From: an uncultured Alphaproteobacteria bacterium
GTDB lineage: Bacteria > Pseudomonadota > Alphaproteobacteria > Micavibrionales > CSBR16-224
Reading direction: 5' to 3'
Assembly: GCA_950054485.1 (NCBI GenBank)
Contig: CATLPD010000001.1
Span: 544,798 to 608,797, forward strand
DNA: 64,000 bases
A program made the translations under genes and the position numbers. This document shows positions 18,148 through 26,725 of this stretch, in pieces. Position 1 is the first letter of the stretch; each line of letters starts with the position of its first letter. The notes under the pieces are model-generated. The model was not told the DNA's origin. It worked only from the letters and a program-made list of their open reading frames with translations, and did no database searches.

Positions 18148-18975
18148 ATGAGGCACATAAATTATACGATTATTTTGGCTGCGCTGGCGTTTGTTATATA
18201 TGCAGGTCATGCGCATGCGCAAAACAAACACCCCGGATTGCAGACATTTGAAAAACTGGGCTTCAGTGTGGAGCCGCTGGGCAATGCCTATGGCGTTGAT
18301 GGCTGGATTATCCGCAATAATCAGGGACAGGTACAATATGCCTATGTGACGCCTGAAGGTGGATTGATCACGGGTGTCCTGTTTGATGATCAGGGTAAAA
18401 TGTACACATCAAAACAGATCGAAAAATTCAAAAAAGTTGTTGATAAAGGATCGCAGGAAGCGCTGGAATTTGCAGACAGCGTTGAAAAATCAAACGCGCC
18501 AAAGTCCGAACGTGTTTACGCTGAAATCGAAATGGCGAAATATTTTTCAGTCGGAAATACTGACGCGCCGTATATTTATACGTTTATGAACCCGACATGT
18601 TCGCATTGTATGGATTTCTGGAACAATCATCTGAAAGAACCCGTCGACCAGGGGCAGATTCAGGTGCGGTTCGTGCCTTTCGGCGCACAAGATGAAAACC
18701 GTGCGGCATCGGCATTGTTGCTGGTATCGCCGGATGCCGAGGCAATCTGGCGCGATTACGCGAACGGCAACAAACAGGCCTATGATAAGATTAATGCCAT
18801 GAAAATTCCCGAAGGTATATATGATGCCGTTGATGTGAATACGGGGCTGTTTCGCACACATAAGATGACAGATGTGCCCTTTACGATCTATCGCGCACCT
18901 GCGGACGGCAAGATTAAAGTGATTGCAGGCGTTCCTGAAAACGTTATGATGATATTAGCAGATTTTTTAAGGTAG
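18148..18975 (+). CDS. Periplasmic DsbC/DsbG-like thiol:disulfide isomerase
   Basis: Signal peptide and an N-terminal dimerisation-like region. The thioredoxin fold has the CSHC active site (NPTCSHCMDFW). Confidence 0.75.
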   Translation: MRHINYTIILAALAFVIYAGHAHAQNKHPGLQTFEKLGFSVEPLGNAYGVDGWIIRNNQGQVQYAYVTPEGGLITGVLFDDQGKMYTSKQIEKFKKVVDKGSQEALEFADSVEKSNAPKSERVYAEIEMAKYFSVGNTDAPYIYTFMNPTCSHCMDFWNNHLKEPVDQGQIQVRFVPFGAQDENRAASALLLVSPDAEAIWRDYANGNKQAYDKINAMKIPEGIYDAVDVNTGLFRTHKMTDVPFTIYRAPADGKIKVIAGVPENVMMILADFLR

Positions 18976-18991
18976 AGTAGGCTAGGGTCAG

Positions 18992-19441
18992 ATGTTAGCT
19001 CAGTTATTTGCAACATGTATCTTTATGGCAGCGCAGACATATTCCGTGCCCCCCGCAGTACTGATGGGCATCATGGAGGTCGAGGGCGGCAAAGTCGGTC
19101 AACAGGTGAAAAACACCAATAATACCTATGATCTGGGGCCGATGCAGATCAATACCCTTTGGATTCCCGAATTGGCGCGTCATTGGAATATTCCATACAA
19201 AACAGCATATCTTTGGGTGCGCGATGATGGTTGCACCAATATTCACGTTGCGGCATGGATCTTAAAAAATAAAAGCGATCGGGCCGGCAGTCTGTATCAG
19301 GGGATTGCCCATTATCATTCAGGCACGCCGAAATACGGCCTGCCTTATCGCCGCAAGGTTATCAACGCCATGCAGCGCAAGGGATTGCTGGCCGAGCCGA
19401 AAACCCAGCTGAGTAATGCCAAGGTTATTCGGGTTCAGTAA
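18992..19441 (+). CDS. Small lytic transglycosylase (SLT domain; VirB1-like or IncI PilT-like)
   Basis: LMGIMEVEGG carries the catalytic Glu. YDLGPMQIN and AHYHSG are typical of SLT domains. Confidence 0.8.
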   Translation: MLAQLFATCIFMAAQTYSVPPAVLMGIMEVEGGKVGQQVKNTNNTYDLGPMQINTLWIPELARHWNIPYKTAYLWVRDDGCTNIHVAAWILKNKSDRAGSLYQGIAHYHSGTPKYGLPYRRKVINAMQRKGLLAEPKTQLSNAKVIRVQ

Positions 19442-20155
19442 TCAGCGCGCTTTTAAAACATGATAGTAATTATATCGTCCCGCTGGTGCGGATTCTGCCA
19501 ATACGCAGTTTGAGTAAGGCAAAGTGACACCGCTGCCGCCCCCTAAAAGAGAAATTGAAAAGCCTTCACTGAATGTTCCGGTAAAATAGCGCGTTGGAAT
19601 CCAGCTGTTCCCATGATCTGTGTTGATCGTGCCGTCGCCCATATTATTCACAATGGCTTGGCAAACGGCCTGATCAATTTCACCGAGCCCGAAGATGATA
19701 TCTTCGGAAGATGTTCCGTCGGATGCGCAGGCGGGATAATAGCCTGTTCCCGCACCTGATACACAAACATCATAGGGAAAAATAAAATGATCAGCGCCAA
19801 AGTCCGAAGCGGGCCGTAACGTCACACCCCCGCCGTTCGCGTCAAAAAGGTGACAGGAATGATTGGTCGGGCTGGATGAATTATAGTAATTATCCGATGC
19901 ATCTTCTGTTCCGTCCCCGTTGCTGTCATGCCAGAAACTTATTTGCGTGTCGCTGCATCCATTGACGATCTGCATACGTTGAAGGCCGCGTTCAAGGCTG
20001 GAGCCGTATTGTGTAATATTTGCCGCTGTGATCGCGGCCTGTTCCCTGTCGATGTTTCCGCCGCCACGGCCTGATTGCGTGATGGCATAAGATAGTGCGG
20101 CGAATAATGCCACAGCGATCAAAATTAGAAATAAAGCGTTTCCTTTTGTATTCAT
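19442..20155 (-). CDS. Atypical pilin-like secreted or anchored protein (paralog family, 6 conserved Cys, DxDGDG motif)
   Basis: N-terminus is MNTKGNALFLILIAVALFAALSYAITQSGRGG, a pilin-like hydrophobic helix after Gly but without Glu at +5. It is paralogous to 20164-20913 and 37791-38543. Confidence 0.65.
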   Translation of the reverse strand: MNTKGNALFLILIAVALFAALSYAITQSGRGGGNIDREQAAITAANITQYGSSLERGLQRMQIVNGCSDTQISFWHDSNGDGTEDASDNYYNSSSPTNHSCHLFDANGGGVTLRPASDFGADHFIFPYDVCVSGAGTGYYPACASDGTSSEDIIFGLGEIDQAVCQAIVNNMGDGTINTDHGNSWIPTRYFTGTFSEGFSISLLGGGSGVTLPYSNCVLAESAPAGRYNYYHVLKAR

Positions 20156-20163
20156 ATTAAACC

Positions 20164-20913
20164 CTATCTACTCCATAAAACATGATAAAAAACATAGGCA
20201 TCTGGTGCGATAGTTGTTGTTGCGCTAGCCTGAAAACAATAAGCGTATTTTGCTTTCATAAGTTCTGCTGTATCACCGATTTCATTTGCTGATGCAAATG
20301 CGCCATCAAATTGTGTCAATCCGGTCCAGGCTTGTACGTCAACCGGGATCGTAGCGTCGTCATGCAAGTTTTTATTTAACGCCTGACAAACGGCCTGACT
20401 TATACCGGGTAAGGTGATGACAATATCTGTATGTGTCGATGGAGATCCATCACAAAATGTTGTTTCTGTAATACCTGATCCATTTGTTCCCAAATCCTCG
20501 ATACATGCATTGTCAGGATAATGCCAGGTCAAATTGGTTGTGCCATCCAGCCATGTAGGGTTCGGATCCACCCAGGGGATGTCCCCACCAAGAACGTCGT
20601 ATATGTAACATTTCTCCGTCGCGGGCATATAGATGTTTCGCCAATCTTCAGTATTGTTTTCAATTGTGCCATCGCCATCCCAGTCACGTTGAATTGAAAT
20701 AAATCGGTCTTCGCAACCGTTAATAACGCGAAGGCGGTTTACGGCCTGCTCAATTGATGTGGTATACTGGATAAGTTCTGCTGCGGCAATTTCAGCTTGA
20801 TCGCGGTCGATACTGCCGCTACCCCGACTGGATGAGGTAATGGCATAAGATAATGCGGCAAACAGCGCCACAGCGATCAAAATTAGAAATAAAGCGTTTC
20901 CTTTATTGTTCAT
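20164..20913 (-). CDS. Atypical pilin-like protein, paralog
   Basis: N-terminus is MNNKGNALFLILIAVALFAALSYAITSSSRGSG. A 37-nt stretch at the 5' end (20873-20909) is identical to 20115-20151 in the neighbouring copy. Confidence 0.65.
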   Translation of the reverse strand: MNNKGNALFLILIAVALFAALSYAITSSSRGSGSIDRDQAEIAAAELIQYTTSIEQAVNRLRVINGCEDRFISIQRDWDGDGTIENNTEDWRNIYMPATEKCYIYDVLGGDIPWVDPNPTWLDGTTNLTWHYPDNACIEDLGTNGSGITETTFCDGSPSTHTDIVITLPGISQAVCQALNKNLHDDATIPVDVQAWTGLTQFDGAFASANEIGDTAELMKAKYAYCFQASATTTIAPDAYVFYHVLWSR

Positions 20914-21037
20914 AGATCTATTGTAAAATATAAATGTGGCAAAAGAAAGGCAGCCCTGTTTAAAATATTAAGCAATTGCAATCCTTGGCGGATGGGCTAA
21001 TATTAGGGCGAGCTTAAAAAAAGCGGGTAGGATTCTT

Positions 21038-21535
21038 ATGATTTTGTCAAAATTTAAAACAGCTTTGATTTCAGTGGGGATTATCGGTATTGCAGCGTGT
21101 CAGCCTTTACCGCCTGAAACGCAAAACCAGGTTGCGGTTGAACCTGACAGTGTTGCCTTGCGTCTGGCAACAGCCGTTGACCGCGCGTCAGCAGCGCTGG
21201 AGACATTGGCAGCAACAGAACAAAAACGCGCGCCGATGGTTACGCCTGATCCCGTGCCGAAGGCGCCGGTCCAATTGATGCGCACGGTGACACTGGAGTG
21301 GACGGGCCCGATTGAAAATATCGCACAGAAACTGGCGGATCGTGCATCCTATAAATTTATGGTGCAGGGCGATGCCCCGCCGGTTCCGGTTATTGTGAAT
21401 ATCACCGCAGTTGAAAAACCTGTTATCGAAGTTTTGCGTGATATTGGCCTGCAGGCCGGACATCGCGCCAATGTTATTGTGGATAGTAATGCGCAGTTAA
21501 TTGAAATCGATTACGCATCGCAACATCAGGGATAA
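21038..21535 (+). CDS. dotD: DotD/TraH-type T4BSS outer-membrane lipoprotein
   Basis: Lipobox IGIAAC. TLEWTGPIENIAQKLADRASYKFMVQGDAPPVPVIVNI...VIEVLRDIGLQAG...VIVDSNAQLIEIDY closely parallels Legionella DotD, from memory. Confidence 0.85.
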   Translation: MILSKFKTALISVGIIGIAACQPLPPETQNQVAVEPDSVALRLATAVDRASAALETLAATEQKRAPMVTPDPVPKAPVQLMRTVTLEWTGPIENIAQKLADRASYKFMVQGDAPPVPVIVNITAVEKPVIEVLRDIGLQAGHRANVIVDSNAQLIEIDYASQHQG

Positions 21536-21536
21536 A

Positions 21537-22415
21537 ATGAAGAAGCTTTCACTATTTTTGGCCTTTCTGTTTTTACTAACTCCCTTGCCGGCGCAGGCGC
21601 AGATGCAGGATTTCCAATATCAATATCCGGATGTTGAACAAAAAGCGCCTTACAATGTTGAAGAATTGCAGCGCGTCGAAAAAACCTTCGGTAATCGCGG
21701 AGCCTCGGATTTTCCGCTGGATGACGAAGATGATCTGGACGAGGTTGATCTTGATATTCGCCGCGATGCGCAGCGTCAGGCGGCCCTTTCGTTTGGTGCG
21801 CGCGGCGGCCTTGCCAAACGTAATTACGAAATCAATGAAAGTTTGCGTGGATACGAAGATGCGATGGACCGCGTTTTTGATTTTCGCCGTTTGTTGATCC
21901 ATGCCCCATCGGGTATGATGATCGAGCCGCCAATCATACGTGAATCGATTGATGCCCTGACCGTTATTGATAACGGGATGGAAGCCGCGGTATCTGATAA
22001 AATTTATAACATCAGTAAAAACGCCAAAATTACGACGGCACCCCGCAATTGGCGCGAATATTTGCGCCACGACTGGAGCGAGGTAAAACCACCGCCATCG
22101 ATCTTATGGCCGCGTGACGAAGCCGAAGAAATCCGCTGGTCGAATTGGGTCTCGGAAGGGTTCGAACAAGGCTATACTCAGGCCGAAGAAATGTTCGATG
22201 CCAATCTGGCGCGTCTGACATCTGATTTTAACGGTATGGTGCGTTATAAAATGTTGCTGGCCAAAGGACTGGTCTCATCACCATTTGCGACGCATGAAGA
22301 CCGCGGCGTAACAGGCGGCGGTGAAGAAATGCGCATCGGCGATCGTGCGATCCGTATTACCCAGCCGTCGGCCTTTAATACGCATCCCGAAGACTGGAAA
22401 TCTTTGGACCGGTAA
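21537..22415 (+). CDS. dotC: DotC/TraI-type T4BSS core protein
   Basis: Signal peptide present. PPIIRES, TTAPRNWREYL, MVRYKMLLAKGLVSSPF and GVTGGGEEMRIGDRAIRIT parallel DotC. Start at 21537, after the dotD stop. Confidence 0.85.
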   Translation: MKKLSLFLAFLFLLTPLPAQAQMQDFQYQYPDVEQKAPYNVEELQRVEKTFGNRGASDFPLDDEDDLDEVDLDIRRDAQRQAALSFGARGGLAKRNYEINESLRGYEDAMDRVFDFRRLLIHAPSGMMIEPPIIRESIDALTVIDNGMEAAVSDKIYNISKNAKITTAPRNWREYLRHDWSEVKPPPSILWPRDEAEEIRWSNWVSEGFEQGYTQAEEMFDANLARLTSDFNGMVRYKMLLAKGLVSSPFATHEDRGVTGGGEEMRIGDRAIRITQPSAFNTHPEDWKSLDR

Positions 22416-22604
22416 CGGCTTTACCCCTTTCCCTATGCTGTCATCGAATTTCGGCTCGTGTATGAAAATATACACGTCGCCTCATTCTCTTAGTCATAGG
22501 AAAAGATGCTTCGCCTTATTATTGAAGCTGGGGCCGTTCTGTTGCAGGCCGAAATTCAGAGAATTTAAAGAGGTGTGCAAAAAGGGCTTTAGCCAAATCT
22601 TTAG

Positions 22605-22618
22605 ATATCATATGATAT
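22605..22618. promoter_or_regulatory. Perfect 14-bp palindrome ATATCATATGATAT, 36 bp upstream of dotB (candidate operator)
   Basis: Read directly from the 238-bp dotC-dotB spacer. Confidence 0.3.
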
Positions 22619-22653
22619 TATAAGCAGTTATTGGGGCATTTTAAAAAAAGAAC

Positions 22654-23841
22654 ATGAAAAGACCGGTCAGCTTACTGAAAAAAGGGATTGATGACGTCAA
22701 GGAGACATGGCCTGACGAACCGGATCGCTTTACCGAAAATCACATTGATGCCTTTTTGATCTGGTGCGTCGATAAAGGGTCGTCCGATGTAACATTCCAG
22801 TCGAACCGCCGTGTTTATAATGAAATCAGTGGCGTTTTGTATCCAGCGACATACAGATCATTGGATGCGGCGGATATGAGCTCGCTGGTTACAAAGCTTT
22901 ACGGTCCGGAGGCGCTGGCGCGGCTTGCCGGTGGTCAGGATATTGATATTTCTTATGAAATTATGGTTGATCGTTTTACGCGCAAACGCTTTCGTGTGAA
23001 TATTACGGCCATACTGGTCGAAGGGCGTGACGGTATTCAGGTGACCATGCGTTCCCTGCCGACAACCCCGCCAACCATGCAGGATATTTTTATCGAACAG
23101 GACATCATTGATAATTGGCATCCGCGTCAGGGTCTGGTTCTGATTACGGGCCCGACAGGGTCGGGTAAATCAACTTTGCTGGCGGCGGGAAACCGTATGC
23201 TTTTAGAACAAGGTTGCGGTAAGATGCTGACATACGAAGCGCCGATCGAATTTGTATACGATGGTATTCGCGCGAACAGGTCACTGGTCGCACAAAGTGA
23301 AATTCCACGTCACTTGCCTGATTTTGCGGCTGGCGTACGAAATGCTCTGCGCCGCAAGCCTGAAATTATTCTGGTGGGTGAGGCGCGTGACCGTGAAACG
23401 ATGTCGGCGGCGATCGAGGCCGGGCAGACGGGTCACACCGTATATGCGACGGTGCATACCACCGGGGTTGCGGCAACTATTCGCCGTATGGTTTCAACCT
23501 TTGAGCCATCCGAGAGGTCCGAACGCGCCTATAGTTTGATGGAAACGCTGCGTTTGGTTGTGACGCAAACACTGGTTCCGAAGATCGGCGGCGGTCGTGT
23601 CGGTTTGCGCGAATGGCTGGTCTTTTCCGAGGATATCCGTGAAAAGCTTTTGAACATGGATTTTGAGCGCTGGTCCTATGAAGTTATGCAGATGGTCAAA
23701 ACCAAGGGCCGCACGATGGAGGCTTCGGCGCGGCGTGCATTTGACGCTGGTGAAATCGACAAGCGGCACTATATGACCTATGTACAGAGCAGTAAGTATC
23801 AGCAGGAAGCTGTTGCAGAGACGGAAGAGGCTGGACTTTAA
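22654..23841 (+). CDS. dotB: DotB/TraJ-type T4BSS ATPase (PilT superfamily)
   Basis: Walker A is GPTGSGKST. SEIPRHLPDFAAGVRNALRRKPEIILVGEARDRETMSAAIEAGQTGHTVYATVHT is near-collinear with Legionella DotB. Confidence 0.9.
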   Translation: MKRPVSLLKKGIDDVKETWPDEPDRFTENHIDAFLIWCVDKGSSDVTFQSNRRVYNEISGVLYPATYRSLDAADMSSLVTKLYGPEALARLAGGQDIDISYEIMVDRFTRKRFRVNITAILVEGRDGIQVTMRSLPTTPPTMQDIFIEQDIIDNWHPRQGLVLITGPTGSGKSTLLAAGNRMLLEQGCGKMLTYEAPIEFVYDGIRANRSLVAQSEIPRHLPDFAAGVRNALRRKPEIILVGEARDRETMSAAIEAGQTGHTVYATVHTTGVAATIRRMVSTFEPSERSERAYSLMETLRLVVTQTLVPKIGGGRVGLREWLVFSEDIREKLLNMDFERWSYEVMQMVKTKGRTMEASARRAFDAGEIDKRHYMTYVQSSKYQQEAVAETEEAGL

Positions 23842-23844
23842 GAT

Positions 23845-24135
23845 ATGTCGGATGAAGAATACACAGGCTGGCACTGGCGCAATACGATGAAAACCGCACG
23901 GTTTTTCAACATTGATGCGCGCGCAGGGTTCGGGTGGGCGCTGGTTTTGGTTCATTTTAGAAAATGGACCATCCTTTTTGCCCTGACTATCAGTATCATC
24001 TTTATTCTGCTGGAGCGGCGCGGGTTATCTTTCCCGTCGGCTTTACGGTCATTCCGGCGCTGGCTGATCGGTCAATATAGACCGGGTGTGGTTTATACGT
24101 CTAAACGGAAATTCAAGGACACGGGATCGACCTGA
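23845..24135 (+). CDS. icmT: IcmT/TraK-type small T4BSS membrane protein
   Basis: WHWRNT..ARFFNIDARAGF...VHFRKWT...LLERRGLSFPSALR matches the IcmT pattern. It has two TM segments. Confidence 0.7.
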   Translation: MSDEEYTGWHWRNTMKTARFFNIDARAGFGWALVLVHFRKWTILFALTISIIFILLERRGLSFPSALRSFRRWLIGQYRPGVVYTSKRKFKDTGST

Positions 24136-24215
24136 TGTTTCGCTTGAAAATAAAATAAAATCCCGACATAATGCAGACAAAGAAAACAAGAAATTCAAGA
24201 CGGACTGGTCGCGGA

Positions 24216-25103
24216 ATGAAAAAACGCAAAATCTATTTAGGCCTTATGTGCTGTGCGATGTCAGGTTTGTTGCTGACACATTCACCTGTTCAGGCGGGTT
24301 TTGAATGGCGTGGCATGTCCCCATCTGCTGATATGGGTAATGATATGCCGGCGCCAATCGGTGTGGGTCCGACAACTTTGGCAGCGCCTGTGGCACCCGT
24401 TACAAAAATCGGACAGGTTACGACCACCGTGGCAGGCGATGCACCAATGAATATGATTCCGCAAAATGAAAGTAACGCAGGGTCATACCGTGGTTTCGGG
24501 CGTGATATTCCGCTTTCTATGGCGGTTAAGCAGATTGTTCCGAATACGATGACGGTCGAATTTGACAGCGCACATAACATCAATATGAACAGCCCCGTCA
24601 GTTGGACCGGTGATGGCAGTTGGCAGTCAACACTGGATAAAGTCCTTAATAAACAAGGGCTGACATTCGATGTGCGCGGCAATGCAGTATATGTTTCAAG
24701 ACAGATGGGATATTCATCGGCGCCTATGCCGGTTAAAACGCTTTCTTCATCACCTGAAATGGTGGTTTCGATGCCTATAACACAGCCCGCGCCTGTTGCA
24801 ATGCCGGTTCCTGTCAGAAATGTTCCGGTTTCGAATTTCCAGCCGGACTGGTCCGCAGGTGCGAATGATACGCTGCGCCAAACCCTCGAGCGTTGGGCTT
24901 TGCAGAACGGCACGGTTTTACGCTGGACAATCGATTACGATTATCGTCTAAAAAAGCCGGTTTCTTTTGAGGGGTCCTTTACAGATGCGGTCGAAAGCCT
25001 TCTGGATGAATTCCGTACTGTCGAACCGCGTCCATACGGCGAATTAAAGCCGAACGCCGGTGGCGGGCATATGCTGATGATCCGTGCTTATGGTGTCAAT
25101 TAA
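24216..25103 (+). CDS. Secreted protein with an STN-like region and a TcpQ/PilL-like C-terminal domain
   Basis: Signal peptide ends VQAG. IPLSMAVKQIVPNTMTVEFD is STN-like. LRQTLERWALQNGTVLRWTIDYDYRLKKPVSFEGSFTDAVESLL is TcpQ-like. Confidence 0.55.
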   Translation: MKKRKIYLGLMCCAMSGLLLTHSPVQAGFEWRGMSPSADMGNDMPAPIGVGPTTLAAPVAPVTKIGQVTTTVAGDAPMNMIPQNESNAGSYRGFGRDIPLSMAVKQIVPNTMTVEFDSAHNINMNSPVSWTGDGSWQSTLDKVLNKQGLTFDVRGNAVYVSRQMGYSSAPMPVKTLSSSPEMVVSMPITQPAPVAMPVPVRNVPVSNFQPDWSAGANDTLRQTLERWALQNGTVLRWTIDYDYRLKKPVSFEGSFTDAVESLLDEFRTVEPRPYGELKPNAGGGHMLMIRAYGVN

Positions 25104-25273
25104 GCCTGTTTTTCATTAAAAACCTGTGCTAGGCTTTGTTAGGGTCAAAAGCCAAGTATTCCTTGGAAAAATGTTCTTTCATAAACCACATTTTAATAAA
25201 ATGTGATGTATTATTAAGGAATACGTAATAAGGGGCACTTTACGAATCGATGCGTCAGGGACGGCATACATTT

Positions 25274-26713
25274 ATGAGCAGGGCAAAAGCGCTGGCAGCA
25301 GCGCTGGTTTTGGTCGTGCTGGTTTCCACCACAACTTATACCGTTTTCAAACCTAAGCCCGCGCAAGCACAGTGTGTGTGTGGAATGTTGTGTACATTGG
25401 CCGGCGGCGGTATCGGTCAGGCGATCAATACCATTATGACGGCCCAGGTCGTGGTCGAAATTCTCAACACCTATTCCAGCCTTAGCACCCTTTATGATGC
25501 CCTGACCCAGGGGTTTAACGGGGTAATCACAAATTCCCTTCAGGTTGCAGATGATAACCTGAACCAGTTCATGGATGATTTTGTTGCCTACGATCTTATA
25601 CCGGCCATGAAAGAATGGACGGCCCAGTTCAATACGCTGCAGATTTCGCACAATACACAGTTTAATGCGATGATTGACGGGCGTAACCAGACAAAAGTTT
25701 TGGGTGCGCTGGATGATTTGGAGGCTAAGTCATTTATTGAGGCGCGCGCAAACCCGAACGTTTGTGTTGGTGCGACTTTCAGCGGTGGGCTGGTCCGCGG
25801 ACGAACTTTCAGGGATAAATTCGGACCGGCCTTTTCGAACAGGATTATGGGTCTGGATGGAAACGTACTGTCGCAGACAGTCATAAACGCATTGCAAAAT
25901 GCACAAATAACGGACCTTAGAAATGTGAATATTTTCCCGGGGCTTGATTATTACCGGGCGCAAACAGGTGGTTTCGGCGGGCAATATTGCTCCGAATATC
26001 ATATTGAAATTGACGAGGATGACTATCTTTCAGCCGCAGCGGGCGGAAGTGCTTTATATCAACTGGCACGTTTTAATAATTATTATAACCTGTATTGTGA
26101 TCCGGCAGCGAATGGGGGCAGCGGTTGTCCGAACGGCCCGGGCGCATATAAGAACAAGGATGTTCTGGTTCAGGAAACGCTGCTGGACAAGGATACAATT
26201 GATTTTACAGTCGAAGAAGAGCTGCAGGCGGTTACCGATCTGGTTATCAACCTGTGTCAGCCTGAAGTCCCTGATGTGATACCGCCGTCCAGCTTTAGTA
26301 ACCCGTCAACACAGGAAGAGATTTTGGGGCGCCGGTCTTTTCGTGCGCGCCGTCAGGTTTGTAAAAAACTGATTGTTGATGTCGCGGCGCGCCGTGTACC
26401 CGGAACGCGGGTTGGAGCGTATCGCGAAACTTTGGGCAAGGCCGCAGGGGTCAAGCTTGAAGATCTGTCGGAAAACCCCAGTCTGCACGAGATTATGAAT
26501 GTTTTAGCAGGTGAAAGATTCTGGACGGGAACCTATAACCTTGGGAATGTTGATGGGCCCGCGCAGGTTGATCATGAGAAATTGACTTTGCAAGCGGCTG
26601 AACTGATGTTGATTGGTGATTATTACGATATGATGAACAGCCTTTCCATGATGCTGGCGTCGCAAGTCGCAAACGAGATTATCGAGCTGGGTGATCCGGC
26701 TAGTGGAAGATAG
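25274..26713 (+). CDS. Secreted Cys-containing protein, paralog 1 of a 4-member tandem family (possibly IcmX/TraW-like)
   Basis: Leader ends PKPAQAQ, followed by CVCGMLC. Family motifs are YDLIPAMKEW, YCDPAANGGSGC, RRSFRARRQV and NPSLHEIMNVL. Confidence 0.7.
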   Translation: MSRAKALAAALVLVVLVSTTTYTVFKPKPAQAQCVCGMLCTLAGGGIGQAINTIMTAQVVVEILNTYSSLSTLYDALTQGFNGVITNSLQVADDNLNQFMDDFVAYDLIPAMKEWTAQFNTLQISHNTQFNAMIDGRNQTKVLGALDDLEAKSFIEARANPNVCVGATFSGGLVRGRTFRDKFGPAFSNRIMGLDGNVLSQTVINALQNAQITDLRNVNIFPGLDYYRAQTGGFGGQYCSEYHIEIDEDDYLSAAAGGSALYQLARFNNYYNLYCDPAANGGSGCPNGPGAYKNKDVLVQETLLDKDTIDFTVEEELQAVTDLVINLCQPEVPDVIPPSSFSNPSTQEEILGRRSFRARRQVCKKLIVDVAARRVPGTRVGAYRETLGKAAGVKLEDLSENPSLHEIMNVLAGERFWTGTYNLGNVDGPAQVDHEKLTLQAAELMLIGDYYDMMNSLSMMLASQVANEIIELGDPASGR

Positions 26714-26725
26714 ATTAAGGGTAAT

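Noticed and set aside
24290-24913. 207-aa minus-strand ORF
   Set aside because: It lies fully within, and antisense to, the TcpQ-like gene, which has a signal peptide, recognisable domain patterns and operon context. The antisense product has neither a motif nor a start context.
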